Shown in pieces: positions 1 to 11,897 of a stretch of DNA of 64,000 nt. Made by a program: the position numbers and the translations under genes. Location of the stretch: positions 27,280,001 to 27,344,000 of the forward strand of contig NC_043010.1 of the NCBI RefSeq assembly GCF_006345805.1, given 5' to 3'. The notes below the pieces were generated by a model. That model saw nothing but the letters and a program-made list of their open reading frames with translations, made no database searches and had not been told where the DNA came from. Position 1 is the first letter of the stretch, and the number at the start of each line of letters is the position of its first letter. Source of the stretch: Octopus sinensis. Its lineage: Eukaryota.

Positions 1-6
1 TATATG

Positions 7-53
<47 letters not shown>

Positions 54-67
54 GTATATATATATAT

Positions 68-144
<77 letters not shown>

Positions 145-175
145 TATATGTATATATATATATAGAGAGAGAGAG

Positions 176-221
<46 letters not shown>
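1..221. repeat. (TA)n/(GA)n compound microsatellite
   Basis: Direct reading; explains the YI/RE ORFs here. Confidence 0.97.
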
Positions 222-223
<2 letters not shown>

Positions 224-1473
224 CCTGTACACAAACTCGCATAGCGTGTGTGTGAGTCTAACAAATCCACGATTAGTGAAGCATCGAAACTTTGTCACCT
301 CTATATTATAGTTTCGTCTCCCAAACCCTTTCATATCTTTTGCAAGTTTCGTTTTGTATCTTTCCGTCACCTACTCTGTTCACTCATTTGTTCTTGTATC
401 TATGCTTTTAGTGCTATATATGCGCCCGTCTATACCGTTACGACTCTAATATGTTAGTGGACTTTTCGAATGGACAATATTGTCTTGGGTAACAAAATTG
501 TAATGATTTCTGATCGGCAACTTTTGAGGAGATTAGGCTTCTCCATGTCCATTTTAATGTGAAATAGTTGAAAAGAAAATAAGATGTAATAGTTTTGGGG
601 GAGTAGTAATGAGAAGAGCCATTTGCAGTCTTGTCTATATTTTTATAAGCGGATATCTGCTACTATTTTTCGACTTCTTGCAAGTAGAGTAAACGAATCT
701 TGAAGTGTCGTAACATGAGTACAGAAATACTACTACTTTCTCCCGATACGTATGGAACCTGAAAGAATATGACATAATTTTAAGATCACGGAAACGATAC
801 CTTCATTAAATATCACCTGTGCATACCAGAAAAATACAATATGCTGAGACAGCGGTTTCATTTTCTTTCAGCTATAATTTGGAATTAATTGCTTCTGATT
901 CTTACTAAAAGGATTTCTTGCCAACAATTTGCTTTGCCTACCAATTAAATTACACAATACCATGTAATTCTTCACCGACCTTTTTACACGCAGTTTTTCG
1001 TTGTTATATGAAATGTTTGTGGGAATAACACTGCAAATCTCCCACAGAAACGTTTATGTCTAGCTCTACTGTCCATGACAACACCCGTTAATAAAACTAT
1101 GTGGGAAAAAGTCCTAAATGTAGACCAATCATATTATATACATTCATTTTGTGATATTTTCTAAGATTTGTGCCCCTGACCTTCCTCGGCCATCTGAGAC
1201 CAGTGAAGCTGACAGCGTCAAACGTTCCGCTTCAACTGCTGCACCTTTCATTAGTTTCAACTTACGGCCTGTCCCACCGTCACTGTTCTGAACCCGATTA
1301 TTCAATACTATTTTTCTATCTTTCTTTCTAAATAAACTCCTTTACCATTCCCTTGACAATATTTTGTAATCCGATACACACACACATATATAAACACACA
1401 TACACACACAGTCATCTATTTCTATGCCCCTATTATTCTCATGCTTTTTTATTCCTCCCTTCATCATCTTACT

Positions 1474-1696
1474 TTAACCCTTAACCAATTAGATTACTTT
1501 ATCAAATGCATGCCTTCTTGCTCACATTAGTTCAAGTTAATCATGCATTATCATGTAATTGAGATTATTTTGATGATGTGATTGTTTTTGTAATGACATT
1601 GTAAAGTAGGTCTGAGAGGTCAGATCTGATCAGTTTGAAGATAAAAAGGTTGACAATTTGGGTCGGATATGGCCTGTTTAAATGCTAAACGGTTAA
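1474..1696. mobile_element. TTAA-flanked piggyBac-like MITE
   Basis: TTAA-CCCTT...CTAAACGG-TTAA ends, about 220 bp, no coding capacity. Confidence 0.6.
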
Positions 1697-1936
1697 TTCT
1701 CTTCTCTTGATTAATCCTTCAGCCATTCAATCAACCAGATTCGTCAGAGTGCTTTTGTTACCACTCACGACAAACCCTTGCTACTGCGGTTCTGTTTCAG
1801 ACAGACAAAGAGTAGCAAGAGTATGGCCTATGGCCTTAATCACGATCCGATCGATCAATCAATTAATGAAACAGTCGATAAATTAATTGAATGAATAGTT
1901 AAATATTTACTATGCTTAGGAAAAACTCTTTATCAA

Positions 1937-2068
1937 ATAGTCGTGGTAAGAAGTCTGTTTCGCAACCACATGGTTCCAGGTTCAGTCTCACTGCGTGACA
2001 CTGCGTGAGCGTGTCTTCTATTATAGTCCTCAGATAAACCAAAGACTTGTCAGTGGATTTGGTAGTTT

Positions 2069-2106
<38 letters not shown>

Positions 2107-2322
2107 AGTGATATATAATATATATATATATATACATGTAAGTGTGTGACCACTTGACAACCGGTATTGTTATACTTATGTCACCATAATTTAGAGGTTC
2201 GGCAAAATAGACCGATAGAATAAGTGCAAGTCTTATAAAAATTAAGCACCGGTCTCGATTCGTTCGACTAAAATTCTTCAAGTTGGTGCCCCAACATGAC
2301 TGGAAGAAGCAAAAGGTAAAGG
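1937..2322 (+). mobile_element. SINE family A (tRNA head + CORE-like domain + internal TA/TG microsatellite + 3' module), diverged
   Basis: GTGGTAAG...GGTTCAGTCTCACTG head, GTGTCTTCTATTATAG, tail ACCGATAGAATAAGT...TTCGACTAAA shared with other copies. Confidence 0.75.
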
Positions 2323-2359
2323 ATTTCCAATGTAAAAAAAAAAAAAAGAAAAATAACAA

Positions 2360-3630
2360 CTGGAGTTAAAATTATTTTCCAGATGAGATAGGAATGGAAT
2401 TTGGCCAAAAGAAATATTCGTATTTGATTGTTGGACGTGAAAAATTAGTCCCCCAACCCCAACCCTATGCATCAATGTTCCATCTATCTCTCCTGTTGTA
2501 CACAAATATTTAGGCATTGGTGAAAATGAAATGATACGATGGTGCTGTGAAGAATGAGTGACACAAAAATATTATAGCAGACTTAGAAAAATATGACAGT
2601 CAGAGACTTACTCTTACATCATGTCAATATCCCACAACCGTTTTGCAATACCGCTGCTGATAGCAGCATTTGGAATACTTGAGTGGTCTGTAGAAGACAT
2701 CCACTCCATAGACATTAAAACCCGTAAAATCCTGACAGCAACTGGAAACTTCTTCGGTGATACCGAGAAGTTCTACCTAAGAAGAGATGAAGGAGGTAGA
2801 GGCCTTAGATCAGTGTAGATAGCTTTCGACTGTCGTACAGTATTTCTCAGACAGCGCCTGCTAAAGAACAACAGCAAAACTAATTATAGAAACCTAGTTC
2901 TGAAAAACTAACAGACCAACATCCTAAGTATCAGCAGCGAGCTTCTCCGGGAGTACACTCTGGTCTAAAATGTTCCAAAGAAGACCCAAATGTGAAACGC
3001 TCAGCATGACGAAAAAAGATCCCAAAATCAAAAAGACTATGCATGGGTATGTTTCCTGAAGACTTGAAGATGACATGAATATCGATATGAAATGAAGCCT
3101 CGCTTGGACTCATGACCGCTACATGAAATCACTCATCGAAGAATACGTGAGTGCAATCCACGAGCAGGCGATTGCTGCTAAATATCTAATCAATAAAAGA
3201 GAGAACGAAGCCCTCGGAGCGCTGAGACGCTACCGAAAATATCAATTAGGTTGCATTTCTGTGTAATACATCACACGTGATCAGCAACGATGTCGTCATG
3301 TTATTACCTCCCAACGCAAGATGGCGTTGTTGTAGAAACAATATACAGTGTCATCGGCAGCCCAAAAGACGACCCTAGAATAAATATAGAGTCTTTTACT
3401 GTTATGGAATACATACACAAACAGCAACGCAAGAAATATCAGTGGAACATTTCCATCAAAACTTCTGTCACGTGAAAAATTAAGGATATAGTTGTTTGGG
3501 ACAAACAAGAAAAAGTATGTAGCATCATGTAGCATCATGGAGGTCAGCTGCCCAGTTGGTGTAAATATCTCTTCGAAAATCAAACCAAACACAAAGAGGA
3601 AAACAATGGACAACTATTTCGAAATCTTCT
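2360..3630 (+). mobile_element. Decayed R4/Dong-clade (RLE-type) non-LTR retrotransposon: RT C-terminus to endonuclease
   Basis: Frameshifted peptides DEIGMEFG, YLGI, AIPLLIAAFGILEW, IDIKTRKILT, YLRRDEGGRGL, AIHEQAI and DIVVWDKQEK..IMEVSCP are typical of R4-clade RT/RLE. Confidence 0.8.
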
Positions 3631-3790
3631 AGGAGTGGCAGTGTGGTAAGTAGCTAGCTTACCAACCATATGGTTCCGGGTTCAGTCCCACTGCGTGGCA
3701 TCTTGGACAAGTGTCTTCTACTATAGCCTCGGGCCGACAAAAGCCTTGTGAGTGGATTTGGTTGACGGAAACTAAAAGAAGCCCATCGCA

Positions 3791-3867
<77 letters not shown>

Positions 3868-4083
3868 ATATGTATGTGTGTCTGTGTTTGTCCCCCAGCA
3901 TTGCTTGACAACCGATGCTGGTGTGTTTATGTCCCCGTAACATAGTGGTTTGGCAAAAGAGACCTAAAGAATAAGTACTAGGCTTACAAAGAATAAGTCC
4001 TGGGGTCGATCTGCTCGACTAAAGACGATGCTCCAGCATGGCCACAGTCAAATGAATGAAACAAGTGAAAGAGTAAAAGAGTA
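3631..4083 (+). mobile_element. SINE family A, full length
   Basis: AGGAGTGGCAGTGTGGTAAG head, B-box-like GGTTCAGTCCC, CTTGGACAAGTGTCTTCT core, internal (TA)n(TG)n, GAGTAAAAGAG tail. Confidence 0.88.
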
Positions 4084-4389
4084 TATCCAGATTGTAAATT
4101 CACAATTAATCTAATAACTGATGCATTTGGTTTTGTGTGAAAATACCAAAGTGACAATCTGGAAAAGCTAAGGTTACAGGTAAAGAAATTAACTAATTAA
4201 CAGGTACATTCAAATATAATCTGTAAGCAGAACAATATAAATATGCAAGGCTTTTCTCAAGATCAGTGCGTGGCATTGTTTTTGTTATCTACATTCAAAC
4301 TCTGGAGATTTATATCTTTGTAAGAAAGCAACATCTTCCTTACAGGAAAACTTGATATAATAAAAAATAGAACAGAATATGCAAGCAAG

Positions 4390-4740
4390 CATGCACACAC
4401 ACACACACTTGCATACATACATACATAGATACATACATACACACACATATATACATATGTGTGTACAAAACACACACACATACATTACACGCATACATTA
4501 GGTAAATACACATGTCGCTCCACACGCACGCACACACTTAGCTAAATCTGTATCTAATCTCTTCGTGATTTTCCTCCTGTCATGCATTCCTCATCGGTGT
4601 TCCAGTCAATCGCATTAATTCTTTCCGTCTTCACAATACCCGTATATCGCTCGTTTTAGACTCAGTTGTTCAGCACTTCCATACCCGTATTTACAAGCAC
4701 GCAGAACTCACAAGCATCTCATCACACAAACACAAGGCAT

Positions 4741-4777
<37 letters not shown>

Positions 4778-5320
4778 GTACGTACAAACGTACATACATA
4801 CATACATACACACATACATACATACACACATACATACACATATATACACACATACACACACATACATACACACATACATACACATACATACACACACACA
4901 CACATACACACACATACATACACACACGCATACACACACACGTACACGCACATATATATATACACATACATATATACATATACATGCTTACGCACACATA
5001 CATGCATACGCACACATATACACACATACACACACACCTATACACATACACACATACATACCCATATAATCTCATTAGTTTTAGTTTTACGAAATTACTA
5101 CTTGTATGTATGTGTGTGTATATATCTATGCATATGGGTTTACGTATAAACGTATGTGCGCGTATCTATGCATGCACATATCTATGCATGCACATATGCA
5201 TGTGTATATTCATATATTTGTATGCATGTGTGTGTGTGTATGTATACATGTGTGCACAAGCATATATATGCATGCATATATGTCTGTGTATATGAATGCA
5301 AGCACATGGGCGTGCGCGTG
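4390..5320. repeat. Compound (CA)n/(TACA)n/(TG)n microsatellite field
   Basis: Direct reading. Confidence 0.9.
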
Positions 5321-5767
5321 TTAATCCCCAGATCTTCTATCAATGCATCAATTTATCCGTTATTCTGTCTACCAATTCGTTAAGCTTTCATTCATTCATT
5401 CACTCATTCATTCATTCATTCATTCATTCATTCATTCTTTCTCTCTCTCTCTCTCTCTCTGATGTCGAACACGCTTTTATATAGACAGACATAGTGACAC
5501 AGATAGATAAACAGAGACAGAAGAGGACCCTCACGCATTTATATGCATACACACAGGTAAGCAGACAATACATTTTTTTATAGCAACACTAATAAATCTA
5601 CTTAACTCTACATCTGTTCGCACACGCACAATGAATAGATATATATGTATATATGGATAACAGAGAGGGCGAGAGGTATCGGGGATAATGGTGTTACATT
5701 GTGAGCCGAAAAGAACATATTCTCCAGTATGATGTAAATATGCAGCTCGCGACTGTTGAACGAGGGT

Positions 5768-6030
5768 GGATGACAACTGGACGAAGACAGGTGTTGTAGA
5801 CAACAAACAGATGTATTAGTATAACGCTCGGGAAGTGAAAAAGTCCTTAACGTTTCGAGCCTACGCTCTTCCACAGAAAGGAACATAGAAAGAAACAAAG
5901 AAAGAAAATAAAGGCTGTGTAGTGGCTAGCGATCTTTCATGGCGAATGCTGGACAGAAGGGTCATAAAGGAGAGCTAGGGAGAAGGGGAGATAATAAAGT
6001 AGTGGTGATCCCAAAACGAAGGTGTGCTGG
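5768..6030 (-). mobile_element. PLE pseudo-LTR-like short repeat, hammerhead family 2
   Basis: Homologous to 29545-29700, 57625-57770 and 59085-59225; carries a hammerhead-like core. Confidence 0.62.
5845..5881 (-). ncRNA. Minimal hammerhead-like motif with non-canonical CUGUGGA core
   Basis: Minus strand CCUUU-CUGUGGA-A-GAGC(GUAG)GCUC-GAAAC-GUU-AAGG: stems I and II form; palindromic AACGUU stem III. Confidence 0.5.
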
Positions 6031-6124
6031 GGATCTTGACGTGTGCGATATAGTCATGGTATATTCTGTCAAGAACGTAGTAGAGTACAATATAGAGCTC
6101 GTCCACCTCCAGATTTACCGGAGA

Positions 6125-6232
6125 CATATGGCCTGAGGAAGCACAGCTAGATCTCATAATGCAGGGAAACAGTTGCATAATCAAGTACCTGCACACTTGG
6201 AAAACTACGTTGCGTCGAAACAACTGTAGTGA
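6125..6232 (+). ncRNA. Two degenerate hammerhead-like motifs in a pseudo-LTR-like repeat
   Basis: UAUGGC-CUGAGGA...GAAAC-A-GUU-GCAUA with a poor stem II, and a second ...GCGUC-GAAAC-AACU-GUA-GUG with a decayed core. Confidence 0.33.
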
Positions 6233-6346
6233 TTAAAAAATAAATGTCCAACCATTTATCTTTTAATCACTACAGTTGTTTCGACGCAACGTAGTTTTCC
6301 AAGTGTGCAGGTACTTGATTATGCAACTGTTTCCCTGCATTATGAG
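6153..6346. repeat. Near-perfect 94 bp inverted repeat (fold-back), 6 nt loop
   Basis: Arms 6153-6246 and 6253-6346 are reverse complements with one mismatch; loop TCCAAC. Confidence 0.96.
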
Positions 6347-6744
6347 TTGACTCCATTTTCTTCAATTACATATATATATATATGTATGCATATATGTATT
6401 TATCCATGCATATTTGTGTATGTATGCATATGTGTGTATACATATATGCATATTTGTGTGTGTATATATGGAAACCCCAGCTTGCAGATATTAGCATATG
6501 TTTCATGCCATTCTCTTACTTGCAATCAGTAACGGATTACGTACCCTTGTTTGCACAATATGCGTTTATAATGCATGAACCAGTCGTCGCATCTTTGAAA
6601 CAGCTGTAAAATCTTACCTTTATCTTGTAATATGAACGTGGGCATATAACATCTCAATATAAATATTTTCTTGTTCACTATTACTGTTTTGTGACTTTCT
6701 TTCTCATATACATGCGTGTGTGTGCGTGCATATCTTCCTTGTTT

Positions 6745-7203
6745 AAATTTTGAATTTTGACTGCGGCCATATTGGAGCACCGCCTTTAGTCGAGCCAATC
6801 GATCCCAGGACTGATTCTTTGTATGCCTAGTACTTATTCTATCGGCTTCTTTTGCCGAACCACTAAGTGACGGGGATATAATCACACCAACATCGGTTAT
6901 CAAACCATGGTGTAGGGACAAACACAGACGCACAAACATATGCACACACACACATACACGCATACACATACATACACACACACACACGCACGCACACCAC
7001 ACACACACACACCACACTCACACACGCATATATATATATATGACAGGCTTCTTTCAGTTTCCGTCAACCAAATCTACTCACAAGGCTTTGGTCGGCACGA
7101 GGCTATAGTAAAGGCACTTGCCCAAGGTGCCACGCAGTGGGACTGAAACCGGAACCATGTGGTTGGCAAGCAAGCTACTTACCACTCAGCCACGCCTGCG
7201 CCT
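6745..7203 (-). mobile_element. SINE family A, near full length
   Basis: Reverse complement of the 3631-4083 element. Confidence 0.85.
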
Positions 7204-7214
7204 ATATATGTCTT

Positions 7215-7655
7215 TTTAATTAAAAATTCATTCCGACGGCCACCTGCTTGGTTGCAAGATTCTGAAGGGAAGCATCTTGCTTTTTTTCATCCTTAAAATC
7301 TTAAAAAAGTTTCGCAGTTTTATATTGTTCCTGATATCTTGATTACTTGTAGTGTATGAATTGACGAGTTGAAACCTTTTCCCCAAGAACCCCAAGTTCG
7401 CACAGGTTAATACATATCCAGTTAATTCAATAACTTCCGGCGTGAAACCAAACGCTTTTCGCCTATATTTTCCTGACTATATTGGTGTCAAGGGGGCATC
7501 TGGTTTCCACAACAGAACATGTTTTGCTTTGTGGACCCAGACAACAATATCTGAACGATACATACATTATTTACATTTGACGGATATTTGTCCTCATCTT
7601 GGGGAGTCTTGGGGAAATTTTGAACCTGGGTTCTCATTCGCAAGGTATTTTTCGA

Positions 7656-7698
<43 letters not shown>

Positions 7699-7700
7699 GT
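7215..7700 (-). mobile_element. Inverted partial copy of the tRNA-hammerhead unit, running into a possible PLE ORF N-terminus
   Basis: Minus strand (AAT)n-CATCGAAAAATACCTT-GAGAACCCAGG-TTTCCCCAAGA-GATGAGGACAAATATCCGTC matches 27870-28025 without the hammerhead. Downstream peptide FLGKRF..IRNNIKLRNFF..LPFR..SRW loosely resembles PLE N-termini. Confidence 0.5.
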
Positions 7701-7706
7701 TATTGT

Positions 7707-7942
7707 GGACATATGGCGTAGTGGTTAATAGCGTTGGTTCGATTCCAAGCAGTGACTTGAACAATAACAATAATAATAATACTTTCGAAATTTCCCCAAG
7801 ACACATGATGAAGGCTGGAGGGTATTTTAGCCGAAACGTTGTGTTAACAACAAACAGGATGAGGACAAATATCCGTCGAATGTAAATACTGTCAATAATG
7901 TAAATAATGTAAATAATTCCTTATCTCTTAAATATAGAACTG
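7707..7942 (+). mobile_element. tRNA-headed, hammerhead-bearing short retroelement (copy 1, internally deleted)
   Basis: A box TGGCGTAGTGG, B box GTTCGATTCC, (AAT)n, hammerhead motif, tail AATGTAAATAAT...CCTTATCTCTTAAATATAGAACTG; homologous to 27785-28056. Confidence 0.78.
7800..7845 (+). ncRNA. Minimal type I hammerhead motif (C3A substitution)
   Basis: GACAC-aUGAUGA-A-GGCUG..UAGCC-GAAAC-GUU-GUGUU; stem I GACAC/GUGUU. Confidence 0.6.
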
Positions 7943-7977
7943 AACGATACATGTTTGTATGTATGTATGTATGTATG

Positions 7978-8008
<31 letters not shown>

Positions 8009-8009
8009 T

Positions 8010-8985
8010 ATGTTTGTTGATGAGAACCAGACCAGCTTATAGAGAAAAAAAAAACGTGCTTGAGGAATATTCTGTATTTGGTGACTCTTTCAAAGAATTT
8101 CGATTCGCTTCCAGCTAAGACTATTCAAAACAAATTGGATGCGGAATTGGTATAATTCTCATAGCGTCTGGTTGTACGACCCTCGGCGTTTGTTTCAGCT
8201 CTCTGCCGTCTGGATCAACTTTGCCTAAAGATACAAGAAAACCGTTTGATCCGTGCCAAGCGGCTACCTAAAAGGTTAGAAATCCTTACGAATATGACAT
8301 GCTCTGGTTCTTCTCTGATGAGGAAAACTCGACCAAGACAAAACGTCTCACGGTAGAAATAACATAGTTATGTGCAAATCGTTTTGATGTCCCCAGGGTG
8401 ATGCACATTAAGTTTCCAGCAACTGCGACGGTTTTAGGAGTGGTGAGTAACGAAGATCATGTCATATCTTCCACTGGGGCTTAGAATTAATGCTGTAGGA
8501 TATGTTGCGATGTTGGAGAGTTATTAAGTCCTGGATGAATGAAGTTCACAGTGGAGGGTTTTTGTACTTGTTTCAGCAAGACTCAATATCTCACAATACC
8601 CACGTAACCCCAAGATAGATATCAGACAACTTTTATGATCATGTAACCCCAAATTTGTGGCCTCCAAGCTCGCCAGTTTTATATTCATTTCATGGACTAC
8701 TACGTATCGAGTGGTGTTGAAAGGGAGACTATTTTACATCCTCACAATATCATAGCTTCAATGAAGGCAGCCATCGCCCAGGCGATATCCAAAGTGAATA
8801 AGGAGCATTTAGTGCAGTCATGTCAAAGATTCCGGTCCCGCATCGAAGTCGTTAAGGCGGAAGAAAGCTTATAAAAATCAAGGACACAAATTTTCATCAA
8901 AATACATTTAGCCTCTTCCAGATGAGAATTGGTTTATGAAATTACCCAATATGTCCTCAGATACATTTCACACCTTGTTTTAATA
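8010..8985 (+). mobile_element. Decayed Tc1/mariner (maT/DD37D-like) transposase
   Basis: Peptides RLIRAKRL, LWFFSDE, KFPAT..VLGVVSNE, FQQDS, TPNLWPPSSP, MDYYV..VERET, SMKAAI, SCQRFRSRIE. Confidence 0.82.
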
Positions 8986-9200
8986 AATACACACAAACAC
9001 ATATATCTGTAAGTGTATGTATCATAAGAATTTAGTAACTTCGAGAGATGTGAAATATAGCATTTTAACGGAGGAACTCGAAGTAGACAAAGTTTAAATA
9101 CTAATAAAAAAATATATATATATTCATATTCTGAGTTTTACTTTTTCTGTTTTGCATCAAGATACACACACACACACACACACACACACACCACACACAC

Positions 9201-9246
<46 letters not shown>

Positions 9247-9649
9247 ACATCTTAGAACCTCGGTTTACGAATTTAATTCATTTCTGAAGGCCGTTTGTCA
9301 CCCGAAATGTTTCATAAACCGAAACTATTTTTCCCATATGAAATTCAAGGGAAGGCATGGCGAATTCAAGCAGAGATGTTGAACTGAGGGTAAAGCTAAA
9401 CACCAACTGATGCTGTCCTGCTGGTACATCCAGCTTGTTACCAAGTATTGTTACCAGCTTGCGTGTTCGTTACTCAAGGCACCATTCGTAACCCGAGACG
9501 TTTTGTGCCCGAATAATTTTTCGTAAATAGATTTATTCGTGATGAGAGGTTCCACCGGTTTTACCATCGATATCCCGCATGAATTGTGGTGTCATTTTTG
9601 TGGCCGGAGTGTTCAGAATATTATTTTCTCATTGTTCAAATTGGTCGTC

Positions 9650-9997
9650 TGTTGGAATTACTCTCCAGTCCAGCTGATGTTCCAGTAGAATCCATAATGG
9701 TCAACTGAAATACTTGGTCTTCTCAACCATCAAACTATTCTGCCTATATGTCTGTGCACACCTTTGAATGCAGTGTATGCCAGAAGGTTTGCAAATCCAA
9801 CGGAGGCCTGAAGAGAAATTTTAAGATCCACAAAGAGCAGAACTTATCTGCAGCTCTTGGTCGTCCAAATCGGAGGTGCAATCGATGTGGGTGTCTTTTC
9901 AGAACACTGTCTAGTTTAAAACCTCCCACATCAGATGTCGCTAAGCTGTAGGTACAGGAGGTGGTCAAACTCTGCATAAGGAGGAGACAACCACCAT
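9650..9997 (+). mobile_element. 3' end of an RTE-type LINE with two degenerate C2H2-like zinc fingers
   Basis: FECSVCQKVCKSNGGLKRNFKIH and CNRCGCLFRTLSSLK, followed by a short 3' tail that ends at a microsatellite. Confidence 0.55.
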
Positions 9998-10130
9998 GTA
10001 TATATGTACATTTGTATGTATGTATATATGTATCTCTCTCTATAGATATGTATGTGTGTTATATATATGTATATATATATATATATATAATATATATATA
10101 CATACATATATACCGATGTATATATATATG

Positions 10131-10161
<31 letters not shown>

Positions 10162-10197
10162 CATATATATACATATGTATATATACATATGTATATA

Positions 10198-10246
<49 letters not shown>

Positions 10247-10430
10247 CATATATATATACATATATTATATATACATATGTATATACGGCATATACATATA
10301 TATACATGTACATATATACGTATGTATATATGTATGTATATATGTTTATATGCATATATATGTATATATATGCATATATATAAATACATATAAATATATA
10401 TGTATATAAATATATATATATATGTAGGCA
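9998..10430. repeat. (TA)n/(TATG)n microsatellite field
   Basis: Direct reading. Confidence 0.95.
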
Positions 10431-11127
10431 AGTATGTGTAATGGTATTTAGTTATGTCAAATTCTGTCGGGTTACACATTTTTAGCTGTTATTTTGGGGA
10501 GCGGGCGGGGTGGGTGGTAAGTGGGGTGGTGGGGGTGGTCGGGTGTTTTAATTACTAAAAATAAAGCCACTATGAAATATTACAGACGATATTATTAATA
10601 ATTACTCTTCGCGCCACCCCGCAGAATTTGTGATCTTGTGTCTATGCTGGAAAGCATTATTAACATAGCTACAGCTGCTGCTGTTGCTGCCGTTGCTGCT
10701 CTTGCTGTGACAGCTGCTACTACTGCTGCTGCTGTTGGTTTTGTATTGGAAGCAGCTGTAGCGTTGAAGTACGCACACTTGATAATAGCAGCTAATACAA
10801 GTTGACACATGCGCAGAATTTTCGATATTCTTGACGTTGAAGTATCTAGGAGAAGCCGCTATATGTAATCGTTCCACATGCTAGAAATAGCAACGAAATG
10901 TTTCTCAGACCTTCATTCGGTACCTTACACTCTTAAAAAAAAAGTGCGAGAGTGAAATGAAAAAGAAAGAAACAATTAAAGTCTTCAACAATGAAAATGA
11001 AACGAATAAAAATAAAGCTGGAACATCATGGATGGAGCCAGGTTGACGGAGGAGGAGCTAAATAACAACAGCAGCAAATTCCTGTTCTAGTGCTATTTTA
11101 GTTTGACTATTCTAAAGTAAGCAAATG

Positions 11128-11460
11128 GATCTTCGTCGGTTTCGGCGATGAGGGAACTGGTCTTTGATCAACTAGAATACTTGCTCGTTAAATATGCATA
11201 TTTGTGGCCGAGCATTCCACAGAGACGTGTACCCTTATCGAAAATCTCGGGTAGAATCGATCAGCCAAAGCACATTTTGTGGCAACAAGACGTGACCTTT
11301 CAAATTAGAAACACAAGCCGTCCAACGAGCTTCCACACAGTTTCCATTTGGCTTGTCGAGACAGTGTTTAAAGGTATTTTATCGAGGAAGCCAAGCCGTG
11401 GAATTGAACCCAGAATCTTGTGATTATGAAGCGAAATTCTTAACCAATCGGTTATGTTGC
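11128..11460 (-). mobile_element. SINE family C (tRNA head, RTE-like tail), diverged
   Basis: GGAATTGAACCC head (reverse complement), CAGAGACGTGTACCCTTA body shared with 32700-33245 and 50935-51250. Confidence 0.6.
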
Positions 11461-11476
11461 AAAAAAAAAAAGATAC

Positions 11477-11860
11477 AGGCGCAGGCGTGTCTGCGTGGTA
11501 AGACGTTTGCTTCCAAACTACTTTGTCCAAGGTTCGGTAACACCTTGGCCAAGTGTCTTCTACTATAGCCTCGGGTCCAACAAACCCTTGTGGGTGAATT
11601 TGGTGGACGGAAACTGAAAGAATATGTCGTTTGTGTGTGTGTGGTGTCTTTGTCTCTTCCCCACTGCTTGACAACCGGTGCTAGTGTGTTTACATCCTCG
11701 TAACATAGCGGTTAAGAAAAGACACTGGTAGAATAAGTACAAGGTCTAAAAATAAAATAAAAATACTGAAAAAGAACTGGAGTAAATTCATTCGACTAAA
11801 AATACTTCAGAAATTTGCTCAGCGGGTGCAAACCGGAGTCAAAAAGTTTTCACAAACAAG
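11477..11860 (+). mobile_element. SINE family A, diverged
   Basis: Head, core and 3' module match the family A consensus. Confidence 0.72.
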
Positions 11861-11897
11861 ATCGATTTTTTAGTCTTAATATCAAAACAAACACACA

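Noticed and set aside
600-1330. Possible PLE GIY-YIG remnant and a hammerhead-like AAACGTT motif near 1205-1230
   Set aside because: Too decayed; the core is not recoverable.
10496-10543. G-quadruplex-capable G-run cluster
   Set aside because: No context supporting function.
10602-10877. 91 aa minus-strand ORF (MERLHIAASP...)
   Set aside because: Partly a (GCT)n repeat; no recognisable domain or splice support.
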